Virus record (IMG/VR): IMGVR_UViG_3300050581_000202
DNA length: 22,700 bases
DNA from: a virus
Taxonomy: Duplodnaviria > Heunggongvirae > Uroviricota > Caudoviricetes
Direction: 5' to 3' (one strand)
Shown here piece after piece: positions 1 through 8,725 of the stretch. A program made the position numbers and the translations under genes. Under the pieces are notes generated by a model. It was given only the letters and a program-made list of their open reading frames with translations. It did no database searches and was not told the origin of the DNA. Position 1 is the first letter of the stretch. Each line of letters begins with the position of its first letter.

Positions 1-771
1 TCATGGCTTCTCTCCTCTTTGCAGATGGCCAGCAATCAGGCCCGCAGTGGCAGTTGGCGAGCCGTCGCCGTCAAGGTCGTCTCCGCCAGCGCCCAAAGGG
101 GAAACGACTGCGGCGGCACGTTCCAGGCGCATCTCGAAGCTGCCCTCATCTCCGCTGACCAGTTCGCCCACGTCGCGCAGCAGGCGTTGGTATTCCGCGC
201 GTCCCTCCAGGCGCGATACGAGACTATCGCGCGAGGCCAAGACCTCTTCGGAGCGAATGATGTACTGGTCTACGCGCGCGAGGGCTGCCTTGAGTTCCGC
301 TATCTGGCCATCGAGATCGCGCAGTTGGCCGGTGGCTTGTTCATACCGCCGCATAGTCCGCATAGCATCCTTTTCGAGAACCTCACGGCTGTAGGGCTTG
401 TCCGCCACCATCACCACTGGACTCGGCGAACCTAGAAGACCAGCGATCTCCTTCAGCACCGCCTTGGACTTGGCAACTTCCTCCCTCAAGGTCACCCGCC
501 CGGCCTGGGCGCTTTCGAGGAGTGCCCCGACTCGGTCCCTACGCGACTTGGCCTCGTCAAGGCGCCGCGCCGCAGTGTCGAGCCGGTCCCGCAGGACCGC
601 TAGGTCGTGTGAGGCAACGCCCGCCGTGGCCTGGTGCAAAGCGTTGGAAACCGCGTCGTTTACGCGGCGGGTAATCGGGCGCCCTACCAGCACCCACACC
701 ATCGCGGCGATCACCGCCGCTAGAAATGCAAGCCGCAACAACGGCCGCAGCAGGAACTTAAGGATAGTCAT
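1..771 (-). CDS. Membrane-anchored long coiled-coil protein, PspA/IM30-like (256 aa)
   Basis: ATG at 771 with GGAGGT RBS (782-777). Hydrophobic N-terminal helix (LLRLAFLAAVIAAMVWVLV), then heptad-rich helices. Stop TGA at 3-1 overlaps an ATG at 4-2 that has its own GAGGAG RBS, so the operon continues left of the window. PspA-like label is inference from composition. Confidence 0.75.
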   Translation of the reverse strand: MTILKFLLRPLLRLAFLAAVIAAMVWVLVGRPITRRVNDAVSNALHQATAGVASHDLAVLRDRLDTAARRLDEAKSRRDRVGALLESAQAGRVTLREEVAKSKAVLKEIAGLLGSPSPVVMVADKPYSREVLEKDAMRTMRRYEQATGQLRDLDGQIAELKAALARVDQYIIRSEEVLASRDSLVSRLEGRAEYQRLLRDVGELVSGDEGSFEMRLERAAAVVSPLGAGGDDLDGDGSPTATAGLIAGHLQRGEKP

Positions 772-1093
772 GTCGCACCTCCGTCGCCTGGGGACTGAAG
801 CTGATCCAGCGGACCGTGTCGCACACGGCGTCTAAATGATGTAATGTGGCGGGGCGACGATCACGTTCGCAGAAAATCCCGCTTTTCGCGCTGGTCGCCC
901 ACGACCGGGGGCGTTCTCGTGCGCGTGGCCAGCGTCATGTACAATGGCAACCATTGACGGCAGAGATCGTGGCGACTGGACGAGAAATTCTGAAGATTTT
1001 CAGCACAAAGGACGGCGGCTGACACATATATCCTCGTGGGCGGGCTCCCCGCTGCCCCACCAATGGTCCAGCTAGAGCCCGACCAGGCTGGGC

Positions 1094-2494
1094 ATGCGCG
1101 TCGCCGCCGTGCGTAACACGGGTTATGTCATGGCGAGCGCACCAACAGGCACCGGCCGGCGGGGTCAGCCGTGCGGGGATTGCGTCCAGGAGTTGGAAGT
1201 GATTGCGCGCAGGTCGCTCCATCCGCGAATCGCGCCCATGGCCGCCAGCTTGGCAGTGGCGGTCATGGGCCGTGTGTGCGGTGCTGCAGTTGCGTCGGCG
1301 GCCCGTCAACCGTGCAAGATACGCGAGCGCGCGGGGCGCCGCGTGCGGGAGAGTGCCGAGCGGTGCAACTGGCACTTCTTCGTCTCGGGCGCTCTACGGC
1401 GCTGGGCTGACGACCCTGAACTGATAGCTGTGGCCGGTGCGGGTCTTGGGACTCGATTTGACGGGCAAGCAGGAGTTGTGGTGCGGGCGGCCGTGCTTGC
1501 TTGGTGCGAGCACGTCGCCACGGGCGGCAGGGCCAAGTCTGAGCCCGCGGTGCGGGTTTGGTTGGGGGAGCAGGTCGCTGTGCAGGTTCGGATTCGGCTT
1601 CTGCGCTACTTGGCCGCTGGGCTCTATCGCCGTTGGGGGAACGTCCTCACAGAACACGCTCGCGGCTTGCTGCCGCCCACCTACCTCTCGGGCAGCGAGG
1701 GAGCCCTGGTGCGTGAGACGTTGGCGCGGTTCATCCGTCGCTTGCTTTCGGACTCGGCCGCTCCTAGCCACGACCCGGCCTCGGCACAACTTCAGGAAAT
1801 CATGGCCGAATTGCAGCAGCGGCGCGAGGCTTTGGAGGGCGAGATCGCCAAGATCGCTCACGGGGAAAAAGAGGCTGCCAACAGAGGTGGGCACGGCCGG
1901 TTGTGGAATTACTCCCGCCGAAGACTCAGCATCTTGGACAGACCGACACCCGATACCGACCCAGAGAACTTCGTGCAACAGGCATACGAGGTTCTGCTCA
2001 AGAAGGCACACGGGTACGACTGGGAGGGGGCGATCGAACGCCGGGTCGTCTCTGCTGGCTTGCGCGGGACAATCCGGCAGCTCATCTTTGACACCGCGCG
2101 GCGACGAAGTGAGTTGCTCTTGCCCGACCCGCAGGTCGACGCTGACGACGACGACACGCAACCACGGCCTGAGGACCAGGTAGAAGGGCCGATGAATTCG
2201 GTTGCTGCGCGGTTGGAACTTGCTGACCTAACCGAGCAAGTGCTCCGTCACGTACCTTGCCTCCCTCTTCGTCGCGACTTTGAGAAAGTGCTTGGCATTC
2301 TCCAGGACGTAGCGGATGGGAGCAGGGTGGATGAAGCCTGCAAGAAACACGAAATGAGTCGAACACAGTTCTACGGTTTGCTGGGCCGCCTGAAGTCGTA
2401 TCTGCTCCGCGCATCATGGATACGGAACGCGGAGGAGGACGTTCCTCGCGTGAAGAGCCCCAACCGGCATGAGGAGAGCGACAGATGGACATAA
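1094..2494 (+). CDS. Atypical ECF-type sigma-70 factor with long N-terminal extension (true start uncertain, probably downstream of 1094)
   Basis: Region-2-like segment DPENFVQQAYEVLLKKAHGYDWEG...LRGTIRQLIFDTARRR and C-terminal HTH-like segment DGSRVDEACKKHEMSRTQFYGLLGRLKSYL. The first ~80 codons look non-coding-like. Overlaps the next gene by 10 nt. Confidence 0.65.
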   Translation: MRVAAVRNTGYVMASAPTGTGRRGQPCGDCVQELEVIARRSLHPRIAPMAASLAVAVMGRVCGAAVASAARQPCKIRERAGRRVRESAERCNWHFFVSGALRRWADDPELIAVAGAGLGTRFDGQAGVVVRAAVLAWCEHVATGGRAKSEPAVRVWLGEQVAVQVRIRLLRYLAAGLYRRWGNVLTEHARGLLPPTYLSGSEGALVRETLARFIRRLLSDSAAPSHDPASAQLQEIMAELQQRREALEGEIAKIAHGEKEAANRGGHGRLWNYSRRRLSILDRPTPDTDPENFVQQAYEVLLKKAHGYDWEGAIERRVVSAGLRGTIRQLIFDTARRRSELLLPDPQVDADDDDTQPRPEDQVEGPMNSVAARLELADLTEQVLRHVPCLPLRRDFEKVLGILQDVADGSRVDEACKKHEMSRTQFYGLLGRLKSYLLRASWIRNAEEDVPRVKSPNRHEESDRWT

Positions 2495-3789
2495 AGAAGT
2501 TGATTGAAGACTTGCAGGCAACTGGTGCCATCGCGCCGCCAGAAGCCTTTGATGAGAGTCCGGATACGAAGAAGTGGCTTGACGATATTATGCGCCGGGA
2601 AAATCGCCAAACGGACAACCGGCGTTCTAAACAAAAGGCATTCCTGGGGAACCTTGCCCCGTACGTGGCGATTCTCCTTGCCATTGGTCCCGTATATTAC
2701 GCACTATTCTCAGGCTGGCCCCGTTCCCCAGCGCCCGGTGCCGCAGTCGTCCAGTCTGCCCAGAATCCCACCGCACTCCTCGCACGTCTGATTCTCGCCG
2801 AGGATATCCAACGCCGCGAGCGGTCCCGCCTTGACGCAGCGTCGGTGGGCGGGCCTTACGCTCGGTATCTCTTGGCCTCTGGTGCAATCGCACAGGAAGA
2901 GATGAAATCAGCCGATCGAATCCGATATGCTGTTGCCACGGGGCAAAGCGACCTTCGATTTGAAGAGGTGGTGGCTCTCTACGGGATCGAACTTCTGCAC
3001 GGGAAAGGCGCATCCGACGGGCCTGTGCTCCCGGTCAACGGCGACCAGTATCCTGCGGAACGCGCACAAGATAGCAGACAAATAGCTGCGTATCTTTACG
3101 CTGAACTAGCGGCACGGCGCCTGCGGGACCTTCTCAATGTGCCACATGACAGCAATGCGGGCGCGAACGCTCGTCTGGTCGTGAGGGTAGAACCTGATGC
3201 GAGCAATCTTGGGTCTGGCGAAGTCCGTTTCGCCGTTGTGAACTCTCGTACTGGGGCGGTCGAGTCGACCGAGTCGCGTCGTTTCGTTGGGTCATTGGCT
3301 CCCATTTCTTTCCGCCAGTGTTTTCCCGAAGCGGACCACCTGCGCGGGGCTTCCATCTCGTCAGGCCAGACCGCAGAGGAAATCGTGATGACTTTCACGG
3401 CCACGGAGTCCCCGACTTCCTCCGCGTCGCTGGTTCGCCACAACGGATTAGAGTTGCTTTCGGAGGTATTCGGGAGTGATAAGAAGATCGAAGTGTATTT
3501 TGAGACGAAGGCGGACTTCACCGGATCTGGCCCGCTGCCAACGGTTCAGTTCGCCACGGGCGGCACCGATGTCGTGCAAACGAGCCTCCCGCCACAGCCG
3601 GTTAGCACGCAGTGGACTACCGTGGTAATCCCAGTTGATTTGGTCGGCTCTAGTCGTTGGCATGAAGGCCTAACAGTCACGGTCACAGGTCTGTCTCGCG
3701 GTGCTCCAGTCACGTTGCGAATCAGGAACGCCTACATCCGTGTGTTGGGCGACCGTGCGCAATCGAAGACCGCGCCGGGAACGGCATGA
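2485..3789 (+). CDS. Putative anti-sigma factor: short cytoplasmic N-terminus, one TM helix, large extracytoplasmic part ending in a beta-sandwich module (434 aa)
   Basis: GAGGAG RBS upstream and coupled to the sigma gene. Basic stretch, then TM (LAPYVAILLAIGPVYYALF). C-terminal TVQFATGG...QWTTVVIPV...LRIRNAYIR aligns by eye with the module in the downstream genes. Anti-sigma role is inferred from position and topology. Confidence 0.65.
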   Translation: MDIKKLIEDLQATGAIAPPEAFDESPDTKKWLDDIMRRENRQTDNRRSKQKAFLGNLAPYVAILLAIGPVYYALFSGWPRSPAPGAAVVQSAQNPTALLARLILAEDIQRRERSRLDAASVGGPYARYLLASGAIAQEEMKSADRIRYAVATGQSDLRFEEVVALYGIELLHGKGASDGPVLPVNGDQYPAERAQDSRQIAAYLYAELAARRLRDLLNVPHDSNAGANARLVVRVEPDASNLGSGEVRFAVVNSRTGAVESTESRRFVGSLAPISFRQCFPEADHLRGASISSGQTAEEIVMTFTATESPTSSASLVRHNGLELLSEVFGSDKKIEVYFETKADFTGSGPLPTVQFATGGTDVVQTSLPPQPVSTQWTTVVIPVDLVGSSRWHEGLTVTVTGLSRGAPVTLRIRNAYIRVLGDRAQSKTAPGTA

Positions 3790-3841
3790 AGTTCCATTGG
3801 ACAACACCCTACCACTCATTTTTTCGAAAAGGAGGAAAGAG

Positions 3842-4558
3842 ATGCGTTACGTCACAGGCTCTTCCATGGCAGTCTTGGTACTCCTGGTGCTGGCACCCCA
3901 ATTGCGAGCGCAGTACGTCCCGAGTGCGCCGCCTCTCCGCGACGGAGGTGGCGGCAAGGCGGAAACGCAGGCAGATGATGAGGTTGGCCAGCCTTACTAC
4001 GTCTTCGATGATAAGATTCACCATTTTTCGCCGGGTGGTTACATGCCTGGTGGTGACATCCGGGTGTCGCAGTCTCAGGTTTGCGAAACCGAGCCACACC
4101 GCGGCAAGTATTGCTACCGCGTCGTTTGTGACCTGCGTCAGGACGCGTGGATGGGGATCGCCTTCCTTCCGGGCGGCAAATGGACGCCGGTGCTGAAGAT
4201 CGACGTGTTTGAAAAGCTGGGCGGAGCGAAGAAGGGGGATCCGATTGTGCTCCGCTTCTGGGCGCGATCCCCGAACGGCGCCACTGTGCAGTTCAAAGTG
4301 GGAGGCATCGATGAAGACTCAGTTCAGTTTCCTGTCGCCTCCCAATGGGTTCATCTCACGAAGGACTGGCGGAAGTACACGCTTGACCTCACAGGCCAGG
4401 ACTTATCTGGGCTTCGGGCGGGGTTCATGTGGGTCATCAACATCGACAACAACCCAAGGCTTGAACGGCCCGAGTTCTGCACGGACGATATTTATTTCAC
4501 GAAAGTCAAGGCCCGGCCTCGCGACACCGTCAATGAAGGGACGCTTCGCGACGAATAG
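3842..4558 (+). CDS. Secreted protein made of a single carbohydrate-binding-like beta-sandwich module (238 aa)
   Basis: AGGAGG RBS at 3830-3835, ATG at 3842 (the ORF track start at 3701 is too early). Sec signal peptide (MAVLVLLVLAPQLRA/Q). Module motifs: PGGYM, PHRGKYC, LRFWARS, VQFKVGG, DWRKYTLDL, DDIYF. Confidence 0.8.
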   Translation: MRYVTGSSMAVLVLLVLAPQLRAQYVPSAPPLRDGGGGKAETQADDEVGQPYYVFDDKIHHFSPGGYMPGGDIRVSQSQVCETEPHRGKYCYRVVCDLRQDAWMGIAFLPGGKWTPVLKIDVFEKLGGAKKGDPIVLRFWARSPNGATVQFKVGGIDEDSVQFPVASQWVHLTKDWRKYTLDLTGQDLSGLRAGFMWVINIDNNPRLERPEFCTDDIYFTKVKARPRDTVNEGTLRDE

Positions 4559-4767
4559 GGTTGGCCGCCTTGTGGGATTTGGCGGCGGCGCAGGCCGCAG
4601 ACGCTGCACCGGTATCACAAAGCCTGTCGCTACCGGGTGTCAGGACGGGAATACCAACTCTATGGTTGCTTCGGCCAAGAATGGGCCCGTCATCAGGCGC
4701 TTCGTTATCTCGTTATCTCGGCTGGGGAGACGATGCGTCACGCCGAACTATTAGGAGGCCAAACCCC

Positions 4768-5856
4768 ATGTTGCGTCGACCCCAGCTTCTGCCTGTGGCC
4801 CTCGTGGCCGTTCTTTCTCTGCTAGCCAGCACGTGCCGCGCGCAGCTCGCGGGCGCCGTATGGAAGAAAGGGGTCGTGTGGCAGAAAGGGGACCATTTCG
4901 TCACGATGTATCCCGAGACGCCCGTGCGCGATGGAGACCGCACGCTCGCGACCTTGGCCGCCGGCGCGGAGTTGGTTGCCGAGGATGTCAAGGACGACTG
5001 GGTGCTGGTGACCGTGGCCCAAGGCCGGCGCCAGGTGCAAGGGTGGGTGTACGCGGTGCATCTTGACGATGAAGTCGGGCCGCGTCTTGTGCTTTACGAC
5101 GAAGGACATAGGGCCGGGTTTGTCCCCAGCGGCTGGATGCCCGACGGCCGGGGGCTAGCCCAGAACGTTCATTGTGAAGATAGCCCGCACAGCGGCAAGT
5201 ATTGTGTTCGGACGGCTTATCGGGCTGCTGACAACCCTTGGGCGGGGATCGCTTGGCTCCTGGACGGAGCCTGGTTCCCCAAGCGAGAGTTCAACCTCTA
5301 CGAAAAGCTCCGAGCCCATCAAGGCGACCCAATCGTCTTGCGCTTTTGGGCGCGCTCCAAACAGGGGGCTCGCATCGAGTTCTGTGCCGGCGGGGGCAAC
5401 GGCGATTCCATCCGTTTCAAACTCTGCCCGTTTGCGGAGCGTATGGAGAAGCTTCCTTTGCTGGATGGGAAGGAGGATTCGATGCGTTTGCCAGCGCGCG
5501 ACGTGGAACTCTCGGCCCAGTGGGAGCGCTTTCAGATCGACTTGTCCGACGCGGATCTCTCGCATGTCGTGCAACTGTTTGCCTCCACGGCCGCCTCGTT
5601 CAACGCTCCGGAAATTGAAGCTCTCTTTCGGAGGCCGAAGGAGCGAAGTTGCCAAGAGGCAGACGCAGAGTTCCGTGAAACCCTGAACCGGCTGGTGGTG
5701 GAGTGGGACCTCGACGACATTTACGTTGTGCGGGCGCGCAACCGGCCGCCGGTGCCGTTGGACCGAAAGGCGATTCGGCTCGGGCCCCCCATTCGCACTC
5801 CTCCGGCACCAATGCCTGTTCTCGCTCCTCCGGCGCCGATGCCTCGCGAAGACTAG
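4768..5856 (+). CDS. Secreted protein: SH3b-like domain, carbohydrate-binding-like module with insertions, Pro-rich tail (362 aa)
   Basis: AGGAGG RBS at 4753-4758, ATG at 4768. Signal peptide (LLPVALVAVLSLLASTCRA/Q). SH3-like pattern (ATLAAGAELVAEDVKDDWVLV...QGWV). Module motifs: PSGWMPDG, PHSGKYC, LRFWARS, WERFQIDL, WDLDDIY. Confidence 0.8.
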   Translation: MLRRPQLLPVALVAVLSLLASTCRAQLAGAVWKKGVVWQKGDHFVTMYPETPVRDGDRTLATLAAGAELVAEDVKDDWVLVTVAQGRRQVQGWVYAVHLDDEVGPRLVLYDEGHRAGFVPSGWMPDGRGLAQNVHCEDSPHSGKYCVRTAYRAADNPWAGIAWLLDGAWFPKREFNLYEKLRAHQGDPIVLRFWARSKQGARIEFCAGGGNGDSIRFKLCPFAERMEKLPLLDGKEDSMRLPARDVELSAQWERFQIDLSDADLSHVVQLFASTAASFNAPEIEALFRRPKERSCQEADAEFRETLNRLVVEWDLDDIYVVRARNRPPVPLDRKAIRLGPPIRTPPAPMPVLAPPAPMPRED

Positions 5857-5953
5857 CACCGCCCGGATGGCCGTGGGCCGCGGGGCGTGGTTTGCAGACT
5901 GACAAGAAAGTACAAATCGTTGTTACTTCATCGCGTCGGAAGGGAGGTTCCCC

Positions 5954-7600
5954 ATGCTTGTCTCGGATAGAAAGGGACCGGTCGTTTTGGCCTTAAGCCG
6001 CCGCCACGCGCTTCGTCATCTCGGCGCGGCCCTCATCGTGCTTCTGGGTGCGGGCGGTGCCCCGGCGCAACAGGTGCCCGGGATCGAGCCGCGTGGTACG
6101 AACCATGAGGCAGGTTCCCACAGGAACCGAAGTGCCCAATCGGATGCCGCCACGGAAGCCGGCCCTCCCTACTATGTATACGCCGACAAGCCCGCCGACT
6201 TTATTCCCTCCGGCTGGATGCCGGACGGGCGTGGGCTAGCACAAGAGGTCCGTTGCCAGGATGGCCCGCACGCGGGGAAGTATTGCGTCCGTTCGCAATA
6301 CCGCCCTCAAGAGAACTCTTGGGCCGGCATTGGGTGGGAGCTTGATGGTCAGTGGAATCCAAATCGCAAGTTAGACCTGTTCGCCAAGCTTCAGGCCCGT
6401 CCGGGCGATCGGATTGTGCTCCGTTTCTGGGCTAGGTCGAAGGATCGGGCGTGGGTCAAGTTCATCGCTGGAGGCGGCAACGGTGACTCGGTTCGCGAGG
6501 CGATCACCTCAAAGCCGGAATGGGTCCAGCTTGCCCCTGACTGGACCGGGTACGAGGTCGACCTGACGGGAAAGGACTTGAGCGGAGTGGTCCAGGCGTT
6601 TGCGTGTTTCCTTGAGCGCGATCGGAACGGCGGCGCGGGCAAGACGCCCCTGCAATGGGACCTCGACGAAATCTATTTCGTGCGATTGGCCCCTCCGGCA
6701 GCGAAAGCCCCGCGCCCGCCCGGGAGTTTTGCGGCCAACCGCGAGCGGTTCCATCGGAAACTTGCCACCCTGCGATGGATTGACTACAGCCCCAGCACGT
6801 TCAACCCAGACGCTGGCCAGGCTGTCTTGCCAGAGGACATCGAGGCCGACCTGAAGGCACTGGCTGCGCACGGCTTCCCACCGCAGCAGTCGGGGATTTG
6901 CACATACGGGTGCTCGCCACGCTTCGGTGGCGATAAGGTCCCCGAGATAGCACGAAGACTGGGTTTCTCCGGCGTGATTCTGGGGGTATGGTCAATCGAC
7001 GGGGATTCCGACGAGGTGCCAGTTGCACGGCGTTTGGCTGCCGATGGGCTGATTGACGCCGTGTGCATGGGTAACGAGGGGCTCTTCTTCTCACGCTACT
7101 CGTCCTCCCGCTTGGTGGCCGCGGTGCGTGACATGCGCGCAGCTACGGGACTCCCGATAAGCACGAGCGAAGTTATTGACAGCTACGGCAACGATATTCT
7201 TACGGACGAAAAAGAGATGGACTGGGTGTACCCTAACGTGCATCCCGTCTTTCACAATTACTCCGATCCGAAGAAAGCCGTTCAATGGATGCACGCCACC
7301 TTCAATAAGCTTGCGCAGCGTACTAAGTTGCCCATCCTGGTCCACGAGACCGGTTGGCCTTCGCACGGTCTGGCCCACCACAACGAAGACAAACAACGCG
7401 AGTTCTGGGAGCTTGCGCTCAAGTCCGGCCATCGGTTCGCAGTCTTTGAAGCGTTCGATCAGCCGTGGAAGCACGAGAAGCACCAAGGTGCGGATATCGG
7501 TACGTCCTGGGGTTGGTTTACTGCAAAGCGTCAGCCGAAAGCGGTCGTTAACGTGGTGAAGGAGGGCCAAGCTTTGCGGGTCGAGGGTTCTACGAAATAG
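5954..7600 (+). CDS. Exported GH17-family (exo-beta-1,3-glucanase/transglucosylase, COG5309-like) enzyme with N-terminal carbohydrate-binding-like module (548 aa)
   Basis: GGAGGT RBS at 5943-5948. Twin-arginine-like signal (SRRHALR plus hydrophobic core). GH17 catalytic motifs MGNEG (acid/base Glu codon 7076) and HETGWPS (nucleophile Glu codon 7346), plus NVHPVF and FEAFDQPWK. Confidence 0.85.
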   Translation: MLVSDRKGPVVLALSRRHALRHLGAALIVLLGAGGAPAQQVPGIEPRGTNHEAGSHRNRSAQSDAATEAGPPYYVYADKPADFIPSGWMPDGRGLAQEVRCQDGPHAGKYCVRSQYRPQENSWAGIGWELDGQWNPNRKLDLFAKLQARPGDRIVLRFWARSKDRAWVKFIAGGGNGDSVREAITSKPEWVQLAPDWTGYEVDLTGKDLSGVVQAFACFLERDRNGGAGKTPLQWDLDEIYFVRLAPPAAKAPRPPGSFAANRERFHRKLATLRWIDYSPSTFNPDAGQAVLPEDIEADLKALAAHGFPPQQSGICTYGCSPRFGGDKVPEIARRLGFSGVILGVWSIDGDSDEVPVARRLAADGLIDAVCMGNEGLFFSRYSSSRLVAAVRDMRAATGLPISTSEVIDSYGNDILTDEKEMDWVYPNVHPVFHNYSDPKKAVQWMHATFNKLAQRTKLPILVHETGWPSHGLAHHNEDKQREFWELALKSGHRFAVFEAFDQPWKHEKHQGADIGTSWGWFTAKRQPKAVVNVVKEGQALRVEGSTK

Positions 7601-7674
7601 GTTGGACCGTCTACAGAATCACCGGCCCGTTTTGCTCCAAGACAATGCCGTCGTTGTTGGCGAGGTGAATTCAC

Positions 7675-8631
7675 ATGAGTCGGCCAAGCAGCATTTCGAA
7701 GGCGAATGTTATCGTATTCGTGGCGGTTGCTCTAGCCTTTGCGAACCTCACCGGCTGCGCCCGGCAACCCGAGGACCGAAACGGAACAGACGCGGACGGC
7801 AGATCGCGGTCTTCTTTGGGCAAGGTATCCGCTAGTGATACCGTGCCTTTGACTCGGCCCAAACTGGACCGCGCGTACCCCGCGACAGATCCTCTATCGG
7901 CCGGCCGCGGGACCTACCTACCTTTGGCTGAAGGCAACCGTTGGACTTATCGGAAAACCATTCTGCCAGGTGGCCAGCCGCGTCTTTGGTCCATGTTTCC
8001 CGCTCCGAAGGAGAAGGGAGATCTCGTCATTTCGGTCGGTGGCAACCATTTTGAATCAGGCGTCACAGAAGAGACATATCTTGTTGGCAAAAGATCGTCT
8101 GACGGGCGGTGGGACGTGACCGTGACGAGCGATATGGCAAGAGACGGAAGATATGCAGGCAACTTCATGGGAAGCTCCGTCCAGCGTATATCATGGGGCC
8201 CCATGATAAAGAGGCCACGCCCCGACTTGATCGTGATCGATGAAGTCATCGTAATGAGCCGTTGGCCGCCCTACGGAGATGGACCGCTCGAACGAGTGGA
8301 CTACCTCCTCATAGAAACGAACACCTCCCGCCCCAGCGGCAAGCACGCTACACTCTGGACCGGGTGGTCGCGAGTTGAGGCAGAACATACATCCGAAGAG
8401 ATCCGGGTTCCGGCCGGACAGTGGCGCCATTGTATCAGAATGATCACCAACTTCGGCAAGGAACCGATCAAGAACACGAAAGCGCACAGAGAGGATGCGA
8501 CGCGCTGGTCAACGGTCTCGTATTATGCGCGAGATGTTGGCTTGATCAAGGAACAGCAAGTCGACCACGATGGCCGAGCAACGTACACAATGGAGCTGAC
8601 GAATTACTCCGTTCACGGTGCCAGCCTGTAA
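7675..8631 (+). CDS. Lipoprotein with DUF3108/TapB-like beta-sheet domain (318 aa)
   Basis: GAGGTG RBS; lipobox LTGC. Motifs YLPLAEGNRWTY, EEIRVPAG and YYARDVGLIKE are typical of the VPAG...GVGLVK families. Confidence 0.7.
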   Translation: MSRPSSISKANVIVFVAVALAFANLTGCARQPEDRNGTDADGRSRSSLGKVSASDTVPLTRPKLDRAYPATDPLSAGRGTYLPLAEGNRWTYRKTILPGGQPRLWSMFPAPKEKGDLVISVGGNHFESGVTEETYLVGKRSSDGRWDVTVTSDMARDGRYAGNFMGSSVQRISWGPMIKRPRPDLIVIDEVIVMSRWPPYGDGPLERVDYLLIETNTSRPSGKHATLWTGWSRVEAEHTSEEIRVPAGQWRHCIRMITNFGKEPIKNTKAHREDATRWSTVSYYARDVGLIKEQQVDHDGRATYTMELTNYSVHGASL

Positions 8632-8725
8632 TCGTGGACGAGGCGGCCAAGGTTCGGCTCGCAGACTTATTCCAACTTTGTGCGCGCCGCTTGACAGCTC
8701 ATACCGACAGGACGGGAGGTGGGCA

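Noticed and set aside
4703-4718. Tandem 8-mer CGTTATCT x2 in the intergenic region
   Set aside because: Two copies only; probably a slippage duplication with no evident function.
5905-7660. Shared ECF promoter motif CAAGA-N8/9-TCGTTGTT upstream of the GH17 and first lipoprotein genes
   Set aside because: Only two imperfect instances with unequal spacing, no clear copy before the other genes; not distinguishable from chance without TSS data.
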